Below, piece after piece: positions 22,934 to 35,323 of a stretch of DNA of 64,000 bases. This stretch comes from Takakia lepidozioides (Eukaryota; Plantae; Bryophyta): contig CM060732.1 in assembly GCA_030704615.1 (NCBI GenBank), positions 73,408,001 to 73,472,000 on the forward strand, written 5' to 3'. Position 1 is the stretch's first letter. Each line of letters starts with the position of its first letter. The notes under the pieces were generated by a model that worked only from the letters and a program-made list of their open reading frames with translations, ran no database searches and was not told where the DNA came from. Position numbers and translations under genes: made by a program.

Positions 22934-24927
22934 AGTTTCACCTGGACTGATAAGATGCTGACCCTGGTTTTTACACCTAAGCGATCTTTCAGAAATGACA
23001 CCCTCACCTGCAAACCTGACAGAGACACATTTTAAGAAATCACTTCTCAAACAGGAACGCCCATGTAGGACATATGCCCAGGAATGTGCATACATTAGAA
23101 GTCAGACAAGGGATCTGGATGGTAAAAGGAGAAGGTTGACTGAAATCAGATATCATCAAATGGAAAATCACATCGGTGCTCTCATTCCCCCCTACACAAT
23201 GCATGGAGAAGCCCAGAGGTTTTCAAACCGCATTCTTTCGTAAGAATGATTTATAGTCATTCCACCACTCTGTCATATTCTTAAATGTGGGTACGGAAAG
23301 GCTGTTTGAGAAACACATAAAACTGTTTGAGAGCCCAAGATGTTCATTATGCCATCACCCCATGGCAACTGTCGTCGCAAGCATGCTGCTGATCACCTTC
23401 AATGGCTTCCTCATTCTCTGGCTCTCTCTCCCCACTTGGCATTGTCTCGCCTCTCGCGGCCATTATAAATTCATTCAACTTCAGATCTCTGTTCAACTAT
23501 CATTTCAGCAGCAGCAAGATAAACCATGCTTTCGGGAGGAGGAGGGGGAGGCGGGTCCATCGCAGCTTCCAATGACAGGATGCTGACATGGCAACCTCCA
23601 ACTCTTTGTACTTCGGCAATTGACAGAACACAAGCGACCGATGTCGCACTGCAGACCAATATGTCTCCAAACATTCGTACCGATTAACCTTAAAGACGTG
23701 TATAAATACTGTTCACTGAAGCGTTCCTGGATTCACCCTCTCAATTTGCGGATTTTAAAGGAGTCTCATTCTGGAAAACTCTATGCGCATAGAAAGGATT
23801 CATGAAAACATGAAAAGCGACCGATCTCTCATAATTTGCTTTGGCCCTGCAAAAGCTGTTCGACGCAAGCATCAGATGGCCATGCTTGATGGAACAACCA
23901 ACAAATCAGGACGAGAAACTCAACTGCTAAAAACACAGTCCATCTGATGACAGAGGAGATGATTAGAAACAGGACCAATAATATCTGTACCATTGGTCGC
24001 AACAGTTAGACAGGCCACTCATCAAGACATCTACATCCAGAAACAACTTGCAACATTGTCCCAAACTCAGACAATCTTAAAAACGCGCAAACAGACCAAA
24101 ATGCAGGGACTAGTGCAGGGAATGCAGAAAAGCACCTGCAACAAGTCTCCGGAACTTGCAGCCTCTTAACTTAACCAATTCAGTCTTCTCGCCTGCCCCT
24201 TCACAACCTCTCTACTACGGCTACTCACAACCAACTGTTGAGGTGTGCGTCTTCGCTTGCGTATTATATAATCCCAAGGAGATCTGATAGCCTTCACTAT
24301 CTCGCAATCCTGCAGCGCTCTTCAGCGCGCAGCCGCGTCCCAAGGATGGAGAGGGAAGCCCTCGGGCGCAGGGCCCCAGAAGTATGAGGGAAGGCAGCCC
24401 CCGCATCGCACTGAGCGGGAATTACCTCCAGGGAGATAATTTGGGGGAGCCGTAAAGCACGCCGCCCCACCGCCAAGGACTTATTCCTTGGCGGCGTTGT
24501 CGTCGGCGTCCTCGTCGGTCGTCCCTAAGCCGTCTGCAAATCTCGAGATCAGCAGCTGGCTGGCCCTCTTCATATTCCGTTTGATTGACCAATGTGGACT
24601 GATCAGGCGTTTGGACTGAGCAAAGCTCCCAGAACCGAAAAGAACTGAGAAGCTTAGCTTCAAATCCCTGCGCTTCGGGCGATCAGAGCACATGGCATGC
24701 CGCCACCGTCCGAATTAGAATGGCTGTACGTCATAATTCACAGATCTCTGCTAATCACGGCGGAGCTTCTGATATTTGTGTCGGACAAGCTTCACGTGAC
24801 CAGGATTGAGATTTGCCGGGGACCCACCTTTGATTATCCTATGAAAGATTATTAGGAATCTGGCTGCAAGTTGAGCTGCAAGTTGAGATCTACCTACTAG
24901 TAAATCGTGATGAGAAAAACTGGCAAC

Positions 24928-25165
24928 TAAGCTACAGATTTGGGCATCACAATTGTAATTGTCGATGCCTGGAAGGAGCTTAATTTATGTTGCCGTCAAT
25001 CGTGCCTGGTGAATGGAGTTATAGAAATCAATCAGAGTTCTCCTACTAGCTACAGATTTCTGCATCACAATCGTAATTATCGATGCCTGCAAGGGGATTT
25101 ATGTTGCCATCAATCTTGCCTGGTCAATGGAGTTATAGAAAGCAATCAGAATTCTCTTCCTAGAT
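24928..25165. repeat. Tandem duplication (~118 bp x2)
   Basis: gctacagattt..gcatcacaat.gtaatt.tcgatgcctg..atttatgttgcc.tcaatc.tgcctggt.aatggagttatagaaa.caatcaga repeated. Confidence 0.85.
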
Positions 25166-27373
25166 GGAAATTTGATCCTTTCTGCAATATGAGCGCTGCA
25201 GATTCTTTGTGCCAGCGGTCAGGAGCCTGACGGTCGAATGGTCCAAGGCCTAGGGACCAAACAGGTGTGGGCATTTGATGGGAAACACGTGAGTGTGCGC
25301 TGGGAGTTGGGCAGAGATCCACCAACCGTCCCTGCACCGACGCCGCAAGCAGCGCACACACGTCCAAACGAAGCCTCCAGCTCTGATTCTCTGCAGTGCC
25401 GCTTGCTCCTTCGCATCCGCAGATTTTTGAAGGGAAGCCATAAGACATGAGCACGTATACAAATCGGCCGGGAATATAGCACCCATCCCGGATCGTCTCT
25501 CACACGCTTATGATTTCCTGACTCGTTTAGTTGACGCTTCTCCATCTGCTAAGTTAACAGGCCCAATGGAAAACTGATCTAATTTTTGAAGAGATTATCT
25601 GCCAGCCTGGCACGTACAAGTGTGTTGAGAATGTGGGAATGAAAGATTCAAACTGATCCTCAAGTTAGTTGAGCCGTTGGGTTGCTGATGTGTCCAGTGA
25701 AGCAGGCCATGATATGATGTCCTGCCAGGAAAGGGGCAAGTTGCTGAGAAAGGGGAAGGTGTACTGGTGTGTTCCGTGTTTTTGTCCTCTCCTTACTTCG
25801 AAGGACAAGATCTCAAGTAAGGATAAGATCTCGAGGGTGTGGTGGCCACATGCGGAAGCCTTACAGGTTTGCAAGAGGCACCTCTTGAGGGCTTCAGATA
25901 TACTTTGACTTCTGGGTTTTGTAAGTTTCTTGTCTGCTTCTTTGTATCCGCTCTGAGAGTATGTCCTGTATCTCTGAAACTTTTTGTGGGGGGTTATTTG
26001 TCGCCCTACTGTTTGGGTGGCCTGAACCAGTCTCAAACAGTTTTAATAGTTGAATCAGCAAGGTCAACAGGCACAAGCAGTCTCTTAAGGGTTTCTTATT
26101 CACCCAATAAGCTGACTAAATCAGATTGACCTGGTGTCACAAGGCCATTTTGACTCTGTATAACAGCGTGTTAAGCAGAGAGTCCCAAGTTCTTTGCACA
26201 ATGGGAATAACATAGATGGATTGTTGCAGCACATGAGAAGTTTACAGAGTGTTTGACAAACTTCATGACCGGAGATCGGTTTATTTCATGACTGGAGATG
26301 GGATTTCAGCAACTGACTTCTGACATGTACTGAGAATGTGGGTAGGTCATTGTTCCACTTTCTGAGAGGCATCTTATCCAGAGCACATGTTGGGGCGACA
26401 TGGGATGCCATTAGAATTGAATACTGAATGCAAAGCTTCATTACAAGAATTAGTCCCTTGAGTGTAGGCAGCCTCATCACTAACCACACCATCTCTTTGC
26501 ATGGGGTTGTCCATTGTGGAAGCAATCCCCAGCAAAGAGCACAAGCGTTTATATATAGTGCAGGCACCAGAGCCTTCCTGTGCAGTTTTGTATGCTATCA
26601 CAGAGGGGCCGTGTGTTGGTGGCAAGGTGCATTCAGGACGGTGCAGTAAAATAGACCTACTTTGTAGTAGTAAGAACAGCATAGCAAAACGCTCAAGGAT
26701 GTGAATGCCATTGCAACCTCATCAGAAACTGGTGACCTACCAGGTACGGGACATGGCAACTGTGATTGTAGAGAATAACCTTTGATTCAATGTGATATCA
26801 TCAGGGCCTGTGCTATTTTGATGGAAGTTCATTGTACCACTTTGCTGGTCCAGCAAAGTATGTCTTGGTTGTCCACGTGAGCCACAATGGAAGGCATTAC
26901 CACTGAGCTGGATATCAATGTTTGGCACCATCTGACTGGCTCAAAGAGTTAAGGATGTGCACAAGTAGAGCAACCTGCAGTTGGGGTTCCCTCCTGTTGG
27001 CATGCAGGGACCTTCTTCGAAATAACAGGAGCAATACTGAGTTGGCATCTGTGATTGGCAATATCAACCTGTGTTTGGACCAGTGGCGAAGCTGGAGGCC
27101 GATTAAAACAAGGTGCTGTGGTTCCGCTTGTAGGAGAATGCTACGTGTCCTCTTTCAGAGGTGTTCTTGTCCATATCTGTGTCTTGAAATCCAGGATAGA
27201 CGGAAGTTGTCAAGTACTCTGGTCTGGATTGATGCTGTGTTAGAGGGGGATCGGTGGGATCCACTCCCCAACTTCAAGCCTTCAGATGGATCCCCTCATG
27301 GTTGGCTTTTGGAAGTAAGGAAGACCAGAATGTTGATCACCAAGGCCCTGCGTTGTATTCTATGGAGTCCATA

Positions 27374-28551
27374 TCAGACCGGTAGGTTTTCAAAATCTCT
27401 AACATTGAGCTTCCACAATGAGCCTCCTTCAAACTCTCCAGAATTGTGCCCCACTAATTTTGCCCTCACCACATCAGCACCCACTGTTGGCTGTCCATCA
27501 ACTACCACAGAAAGCATTAACACCAACTCTTCCTCTCTGGGATTGTAAGGCAGCTCCCCGCCAGCATCAGTAAGTCCTGCATCCTCCACGCTGCTGCTTG
27601 GATCTGCTGTCAGTCCCATTATTCTGGTTCTGTCCATGCCTCTAAGGATTGCGACAAGGTTGCCACGGCCTACCACTGGCACTTCAGCCTCCATCTGTGG
27701 GTCCCATAACACAATGATAACTGATCTGAAGGAGTACACCGAACAACGTGAAACACACAGAGTGCATGAAAGAAAGTAACTCACAAAACTCTGCACATAA
27801 AACTAATTTAAAGTTAGTATTAGATGAGACCAACAGCTATACTGCAAGACATCCCTACCTTGTCGGCTGAATTCACCGCTCGTAGATGATCCTTGGTGAG
27901 GACACCTTCGGGTGCCTGTGACGGATCAATAACAAACGGGCGAGGCACATATTGAGCATTCCAGTTCAGAACGGTGTAGGGAGGCGGATCATCCGAATCT
28001 GGGGATGAAGGCCGAGAATGAAAGCTGAACCCGCTGGCGGGCCCCCGGGGGAGCGTGCGAACGGACTCTTGCACGAGCACACACCCAGCCCCATATCTGC
28101 ACCAATTACCCTCGTCATTACCCTTTCTAGTTATCGACCCAGTTGCATGCATTCCGCATACTCAGTGGTGAACTGCTTCTGTCTACAGCACTGAGGGTCA
28201 GTCAAATTCCAACACAAACCTGTCGAATCCTGTCTTTCCCAGCCCACGCAATGTTGCCACCCTTTCCGAGTCTTCGCAGCATCTGTCGAATGCATCGTCC
28301 CACACCAACATCAACTGGTCGAAGCTCCATCCCTTCCCTCCCGATGGTACTCCGGTCTTCTTCCTCTCTTTCACTTTCTTCTTCTGCTTGCCCACAGCAC
28401 AAGTGATTTCCAAGCTCGACCCAACCCAGCTCCCTCCACTACCTCCCCTGCGACGGCCATCGACAAAGACGAGAGGGCCACTCTTCCAGAGATGGGCATG
28501 TGAGAGATGGTGAAGCCTGGCAGCAGCAGCAGCAGCCTGCAGTGCAGCCAT
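27374..28551 (-). CDS. Uncharacterised ~296-aa protein with probable chloroplast transit peptide; 3 exons
   Basis: Exons 28551-28220, 28096-27859 and 27694-27374 join in frame via GT-AG introns (332+238+321 nt). N-terminus MAALQAAAAAARLHH..EITCA is transit-peptide-like. Telo-box AAACCCTAA at 28565-28573. No domain recognised. Confidence 0.78.
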
Positions 28552-28919
28552 CGCCTCGCGCACCAAACCCTAATCCTCTCTTCGCTCTCATAGTTCCCGA
28601 TGTGATAGTTATTCATCCATCATCAGGTACTTTCATCTTCTTGCTGCACAACACTGGACATACTGTACCCCTATACGAGGTTAGAGCATCTCCGCCCCGC
28701 CATGCTATTTATCAGGCGCTAAATCAAAAGTAGCGTGTTTTGAAATAGCGTGCCGGGGCGTATTTCGCAGCGCAAAGCAACTAGCATTAGGTAGTTCCAC
28801 GTGTTTTTGATATTGTCCAGCCACGTGTTCATTATCCAGCATTAGCGTGGATATATGCTTCGTCATTGCGCGGGAAATCACGACCTGCTGCCGTGCTGCC
28901 GTCAACTGCACAATTTCCT

Positions 28920-29420
28920 GATTCATACTGTCAATGGGAATGAGTATTCTATACCCTATTGGCTAGTCGATGCCATTTATCCGGATTACCATTGCTTCGT
29001 CAAGATGATACCAGGACCATCAACTCGGAAGATGAAAATCTTTGCTACCAAACAAGATTAGTCCAAGTGCAAGGACATCGAGCAAGCGTTTGGAATTCTG
29101 CCGGCCCGGTTTCATATATTGACATCTCCATGTAAGTTGTGGGACTGAAATGCGATGACAGATATCATCAGAACTTGCGTTATCCTACATAATCTTATCA
29201 TCGATTATGAAAAAGAGCACGGCATTGATTCGAAATATATCGATGATCTTGAGTATGTTCCTAAACACCCTTTCACCATGATATATCTATCCAATATAGC
29301 ATGACACAAGCTGATCGGAAAGGAATCGTCTGCGAATTGCAATCAAAAGTTCTGCATCACCAATTGCAGCAAGACCTTGTGGAATTCCACTGGAACCAGT
29401 ATGTCAATTCAGTCCAGTAA
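28920..29420 (+). pseudogene. Harbinger DDE transposase C-terminal remnant
   Basis: TVNGNEY..PYWLVDAIYP..FVK; KDIEQAFGIL.ARFHIL..PCKLW; IIRTCVILHNLIIDYE; with stops and frameshifts. Confidence 0.88.
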
Positions 29421-29499
29421 AAAATTTCAATCTCAGACCTGACAGAAAGTACAGTTTGGTCTGTATTAAGCATTGGAAATGACTGTGAAAGCCTCTTTT

Positions 29500-30430
29500 T
29501 CTACAACTGATTCATTTACTTGATCGACTATACACTGTTTAGGCGGTCATCGATTCGCATCCAATATTGATGAGCTTGTTTGATCAACTGCAGCCAACGC
29601 CGCCAGTTCCTGCTTTTTCTTTGTTATTTCTAACTCTAGATTGAGCGTATATTCTTCAGCTTTCAACGCGAAGAACTTTTTTCGCCTGATCAGTTTTTTT
29701 CATGTTGGTAAAAATTCGAGTGCATTGTGCTCGGCGAAGATCTTGTTTTTTTTACCTCAGACGCTTCAGCTATGCGAGTCAAGACTGCCTCGCGAGTCGA
29801 TTTGGTGTTTTCATCATTCTTGGACTTTGTTTCCGCCTCAAACTTCAACCGTTTGGTTTTTTTCTTTCTAATATCAGGACGAACATGTACAGTTAACTTC
29901 TTTTTTGTTGTAGTTTCCTTATTACTTGGCAATGCTGCAGTCGAAGTTGGGCTCAAAATATCACCAGCTCCATCACCTTCGGGGCTTCCTTCTAATTTTG
30001 TTTCGTCATTGTCGAGTTGCAGCGCTACCTTGACCATTGACGATGCTAAAGACAGATTTGCTTCGAATTTGGGCAGTATTTTTACTTCATTCTAGCAAAG
30101 CTCAATTAATTGGAATTTTATGCCAGTCTCGTCGAAATACAAACTTTTCGCTTTCTTTGTGTAATCCTCTAACGACCATCCTGAGTAATAAGTTCAAAGC
30201 GCTTTTGTCATCATGCCAACAAACTTTAAGATGGCCTTTCGGATCAAGTTGTTCCATCGATTCATGAGACTGTTTGCGTTTCGAGGAATTCCAATCTCCT
30301 GTCTAAACAAACCTTCGATCTTGGCCCAGTATGTTTGGCCATCTTGGTCGGTTCCTACTGTAGGATCACTGGTTACACAATCTTCACCACCCTTGCCAAG
30401 CATATATTCTCGTTGGCCTTGCAATTGACT
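29500..30430 (-). pseudogene. Harbinger ORF2 (Myb/SANT-like, NAM-associated) remnant
   Basis: SDPTVGTDQDGQTYWAKI..RNANSLMNRW..I.KAILKFVG followed by an RP..KK.K-rich tail, typical of the PIF DNA-binding ORF. Confidence 0.8.
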
Positions 30431-30918
30431 TGGCCTGGTTGTCGACCCTTCACCTTGCTCATCTCTTCAGCAGTGCCAGTCGATGTTTCCACCCAAGAGC
30501 TCACACTCTCTCCTTCTCCCGTTCCTTTGGTGTACCTCCGGTTGGAGAGTGGAATTTATATGTAGGGGTCTTCAAGTGTAGGGGCGGTGATGGGGAAGCA
30601 GCCATGTTTGAAGGACTCGGGCGCCCAATTCCAGGAAATGAAGGCTTAAAAACATATGAAGCCTGCATTGTAGTGGGACGTTATACGTTTCCGCAGTGCT
30701 TGAAACTATGAATGTGTCACCTTCGTTCCATCTGCGGGAACAATGAGTCAGGACTTTTGATTCTGATGACAAGAATTGGGTGCTTTGCGAGACTCTACTG
30801 CTAATCTCTTCGGGGTTTTCTACTGGAAAACAGACCGTATTACGCAGTGGTAGTAGACCTAAACTGTATTCAGGGAAGGTTCACTGACCGCTAGATTTTG
30901 GCTCTGTTTTGTTCATAG

Positions 30919-31056
30919 GACAATCCACTCAGTTGGATGGTTATGAGGGCATGGTGGAGACATCAAAGAACGTGATGAAGGGCCGAACAGCATCTGAGCA
31001 AAGAGCAGCTGTACGCCAAGTGCTTCTGTCGATCATGCCCCCTGGGGCTCCAGCAG
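30919..31056 (+). pseudogene. Captured exon of a D27-like beta-carotene isomerase gene
   Basis: After acceptor ..gttcatAG: GQSTQLDGYEGMVETSKNVMKGRTASEQRAAVRQVLLSIMPPGAPA, matching the D27-like pattern Y..FVE.S..VM.GR...QQ..VR.VLLSMLPPGAP. No other D27 exon seen. Confidence 0.8.
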
Positions 31057-31278
31057 GGGGCTCCAGCAACAGTACCTCAGCTCCTACTCTGTGTGCTATT
31101 ATTCAGCTGATGGTTTTGTGGGTCGCTGTTTGTGTACACCCTTCCAAGACGAGTATGCTAGTAGTTGCAGGAAGGAAATGCCAGTCTAGATTGGTGCAGT
31201 TGCCACTCTGGTTTCACGGTTCCCGCACAAAAAGCGCACCACGCTACACTATCCGCCAGATCTAGCGGATTATCTGAC

Positions 31279-31697
31279 GCTAGAATCAGATCTGAAAGGT
31301 CTGCCAAAATTTGGCATGTCCGGGTGGAAGTGCTATTTTATTGAAAAATCGCCAAATCTGGTTTTAGCGTGCGGGGTTATTTGGCGCTAGAATCAGATCT
31401 GAAAGGTCTGCCAAAATTTGGCATGTCCGGGTGGAAGTGCTATTTTATTGAAAAATCGCCAAATCTGGTTTTAGCGTGCGGGGTTATTTGGCGCTAGAAT
31501 CAGATCTGAAAGGTCTGCCAAAATTTGGCATGTCCGGGTGGAAGTGCTATTTTATTGAAAAATCGCCAAATCTGGTTTTAGCGTGCGGGGTTATTTGGCG
31601 CTAGAATCAGATCTGAAAGGTTTGCCAAAATTTGGCATGTGCGGGTGGAAGCGCTATTTTATTGAAAAGTCGCCAGATCTGGTTTTAGCGTGCGGGA
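31279..31697. repeat. 107-bp tandem repeat, ~3.9 copies, in the Harbinger subterminal region
   Basis: Unit starts gctagaatcagatctgaaagg at 31279, 31386, 31493 and 31600. First three copies look identical; the fourth is diverged. Confidence 0.97.
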
Positions 31698-32099
31698 TGG
31701 CGTGGCGGGGTGGAGATGCTCTTCGGCGATAATTAATTTAGATTCAATACGCTTTGGAAAATTTCCAATTTGTTGTCTAATTGCTCGAAAACTATGAGCA
31801 AATATGTTCAATTCTCATATTGCTTATGATAAGCGGAAAATTTCATTGAACACAAATCCGTGCATGGAGTCGGAACCATCATTATTCCTACAAAGCTCAA
31901 TCGATGCACGAGAGCTTCATGTAACTTCCAAAAGGCCCCTGTATTGACTTGACACTGTCATCATATTGACCGCATCACTAATCATCACGATCTCTCCACT
32001 TAAATAAGATCATTTGGAAGGACATTTGGAGAAAAAATAGAGCACCTAAGATGAGTGGTAACCGAACCCTTCCGGTCTCTCACTTTATTTCACAGAATA

Positions 32100-33180
32100 A
32101 TGTTGTCTATTCATGTTGCTCACATCAAAGTCCTGAGACAATTGAGCGTTGTTTGCTAATTCTTTATACTGTTCTCTCTTTTGTTTGGCTTTGGTGGCTT
32201 AATCCTGTACTCCTTGGAGAACATACTTCTTCCTTCACCCTTCTGTTCTGCTATTGAATTATTAGGGCGACAATGTTTGGAGCACTTGCTTTTGTTTGGG
32301 CCACGCTACGTGCATATACTTTTAAGAACATCTGGAAAGCCAAGTGCTCTTGGGTTTTTGGGGGATTTTTAGACCCTGTATTAGAGTCATTCTATACAGG
32401 GTTCAGTCAGACATTCCGTCGGAGACACACAACGCTTGGGTTGTTTTATGTTCAGCTTTTCCAAGGTGTGCACAATTAAAAAGGCAGATGCAACTTCTCG
32501 CTGGTTTTGACAACTCTTGGGGTAAGGGCGGTATCATGTGCACCAGAACCTTAGAATCAACCCTTACCTGGAATGATAACTTCCTGGCACCCTGGTGCCC
32601 AACTTTCTCCACGAAATGAGACGAATCTGATGTAAACTGGAGGCACAAGTACAACGCACATGAAGGTGCGGGCACGGCTGATCAGCCGCCACTGAGCCTT
32701 GTGGGACCCAACGATGTGGGGGCGGACATCCATCCTCATCACACACATGGGCAGATGAAATCCCACGACTCATTCGCTAAGTGAACTCGAGCAAAATTCA
32801 CCATTCACCATTCACATTTGTTGTGCCTCTGAGAATCCCATCATGACCACTCAGAAGGAGGAGCACATGTTGCATTACATTTTTGTCTTTCTTCTCCATA
32901 CACATCCTTAAGCTTGTCCACCTTGTTGGCGACATTGCTTCCAAGAACGATGGGGCGCATTAGGAAACCCTGCATTCAGTTTGTCAATGATGTATGTTCA
33001 ATCTTTTGCTCTCAAAGGTCCACGCCCATGATCCCAGTATTTCTCCTCCCAAAGATCTAGCAACAAAAACGTTGTATCGTTTGTCCAACCTTGTGCAACA
33101 TGCTTCTTTTCAATATGAAATTGCACGGCCCACCCCCGAAAGGGGGCAGTAGCCGCAAGGCGAAGTGGCTCTTAGTTATG
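32100..33180 (+). mobile_element. Possible highly degenerate RTE-X-like LINE 3' part
   Basis: Weak remnants only (FRPCIRVILY; C..EEHML) and a terminal agggggcagta-gccgcaaggc similar to the LINE-type tail at ~40100. Confidence 0.3.
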
Positions 33181-34090
33181 TCGGCCTCGGCCGGAGTCTT
33201 CTCTCTCTTTCTCTGCACGGCCTTCTCACACCAACAATCACCGGCAACTGACTACCTTGAATTGAACAATTGCTTTCAGGACCTTCCAACCGTAACCCTA
33301 ACCTAAAGGATTCCCTCTCCATGTTTAGGTAAGGGTGCTTGCTCGTCGTGTAAGTTACTTCTGTACATTCAGTAGGATGCGCGCCCAGCAAAAAACAAGC
33401 TAACACTTTTTATAACATGAAAAATAACTTTTGTTTGAATCATGTAAAAAGTCAATTTTATTCGTCTTGTTTTATCCAACGAATCCACTTGCAAGCTAAG
33501 TGACCGAGCTGGGTTGACATCCCTATCAGCCCGCTGAAGCGCTCTCAGAGACGGATCAGCGACACTTTTTCTTCATGTGCGCAAGACTACAGATGTTACA
33601 ACTTTAGGAAATGAAAATCGAAAACACGAAAACACTTATCTTTTGAGCCTTCTCAGAAGAAACAAGGCAGTTTTTGATCGCTCTTCCACGAGAGATTCTG
33701 CTATAGTCTCCTTGTCTCCTCCCTGTATTGGACATTCCTACCTCCCGTTCTATGTAGTCCCCATTGGACCCTCCCTCCCCAAACTCTAGTCACCACTGCC
33801 CCTTTCATTTTATGGCCCTTCATGGCCTTCAACCAAAAAATGAAAAAGAAAAAACATAATACAAACGGAAAGCAGTAGCCAATTGGGATGTGATAAGATT
33901 TAGGGTTGGAGTGATTTGATAGGAGACTCGAGTCAACCTTTTTAATAATAATAACTTTTATGTCGATCCAAAAGGAAAATGTTTGGGAAGCCGGCAAGCA
34001 ATCCACATACAGTGAACCTGGTCACCAACAAGAGGGGCAGATACATTGCACCGGAGCAGGTTCAATGTCCGCAGCCCACATGCAGCGAAC

Positions 34091-34320
34091 TTGCAATGGG
34101 TCCACCCGCTGTCACCGGTTTCGCGCTTGCGGCCGCCGGCAGTGACCGGTGAATGAAATGCCGGGAAGAACGTTTGAATGCAAAAAGCGCATGTTAGCGT
34201 AGAGTTTGCAATGGGTCCACCCGCTGTCACCGGTTTCGCGCGTGCGGCCGCCGGCAGTGACCGGTGAAAATGCCGGGAAGAACGTTTGAATGCAAAAAGC
34301 GCATGTTAGCGTAGAGTTTG
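34091..34320. repeat. GC-rich tandem duplication (~115 bp x2) upstream of the GH31 gene
   Basis: ttgcaatgggtccacccgctgtcaccggtttcgcgc.tgcggccgccggcagtgaccggtgaa..gttagcgtagagt repeated near-identically. Confidence 0.95.
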
Positions 34321-35323
34321 AATGCAGATTCTGTGTTGCCTTCCTCTAGATTCAGTCAAGGAATCTGCCAGCCCTCTTTCGCTTTCCAAAGCTATATACA
34401 TCCTGCTTCTCTCGCTTCTTCTCTCCTCGATTAAGCTGCTTTGTGACTTCACGCCCTCCATCTCCTTCTCCTTCTCTAAGTAGCTAAACTCATGGGCAAT
34501 GGTGGGCAGTGCAGATTAGATCAGTAATGTATGTTAGCAGGGAGTGTGCGGTGTAATTGCGGGGTGATGAATATAATTGCATGTGAGTGCCTCCTTCCTG
34601 CAGGATTTTTTATCTAGATATACAGATGTCCACAGCTCTAGAGCTCTTGCCTGATCTGGTTTAGTTTTTTTTTTGCTGGTCGCTTGGATACAGAAAAGGT
34701 GCATTGCAACTGCGAAAGGGAAACGGTTTCCCGTTTTCGGTTTCAACTTAGTTCGCCTCTAAGGCTCCTTCCGTCTCTTGGAGAGGATTGGAGGAGAAGT
34801 GCGTGCACCCCTAGTTTTGAAGAGTGCACACCCCCTCTACGTAGATGGTAGTGTGCACACCCCTTAATTAAGTAGCTTGCAGATATATATGCAGGGTGGT
34901 GAATGTAAGGATTGAGTATCCTGCACATCGTAAGTTCTTCATGCAGAGTGCGGAGGTGTTTCAAGCACCACTATCGATTCAGGCCTGCTGGAAGAGTGCG
35001 ACTAGATGGGCTGATTCTCATGCAGACCGTCGTGAATCTCATCTACCACTGCAACAAAACAGCAACCCAACACACAATGAAATCAAGTGGAATTTGAGTT
35101 GCTTGAGCAAAGTTCAAAGAGTAACTTAGTTTGTTCCTCCGAAGAAAAACCAGAGGGAGTGAGCGCTTAAGCACGTCGATAATCTCATGGTCATCGTTGA
35201 GGGCGATGGCTTGGCCGCCTGACAAGTATTGCTTTCCTTTCCAAGACTTCCTTTTCAGGTTTAAACTGAAGTTGTAGTGTTTATGAGGGCTCAATTACGC
35301 GGGATACAGCAATCGGCCTCAAT

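Larger units (their letters stand above)
28684..31721. mobile_element. PIF/Harbinger DNA transposon, internally deleted, with captured gene fragment
   Basis: 22-bp TIR GAGCATCTCCGCCCCGCCATGC / GCGTGGCGGGGTGGAGATGCTC (2 mismatches), flanks TTA / TTC. Contains both Harbinger ORF remnants in convergent orientation. Confidence 0.9.

Noticed and set aside
26922-27548. 208-aa plus-strand ORF and other ORFs at 25200-27300
   Set aside because: Partly antisense to a real exon, no recognisable domain, and no consistent splice model.
33127-33172. HDV-like or hammerhead ribozyme
   Set aside because: Lacks the CUGANGA core and the P1/P3/L3 nested pseudoknot; kept only as a generic structured motif.
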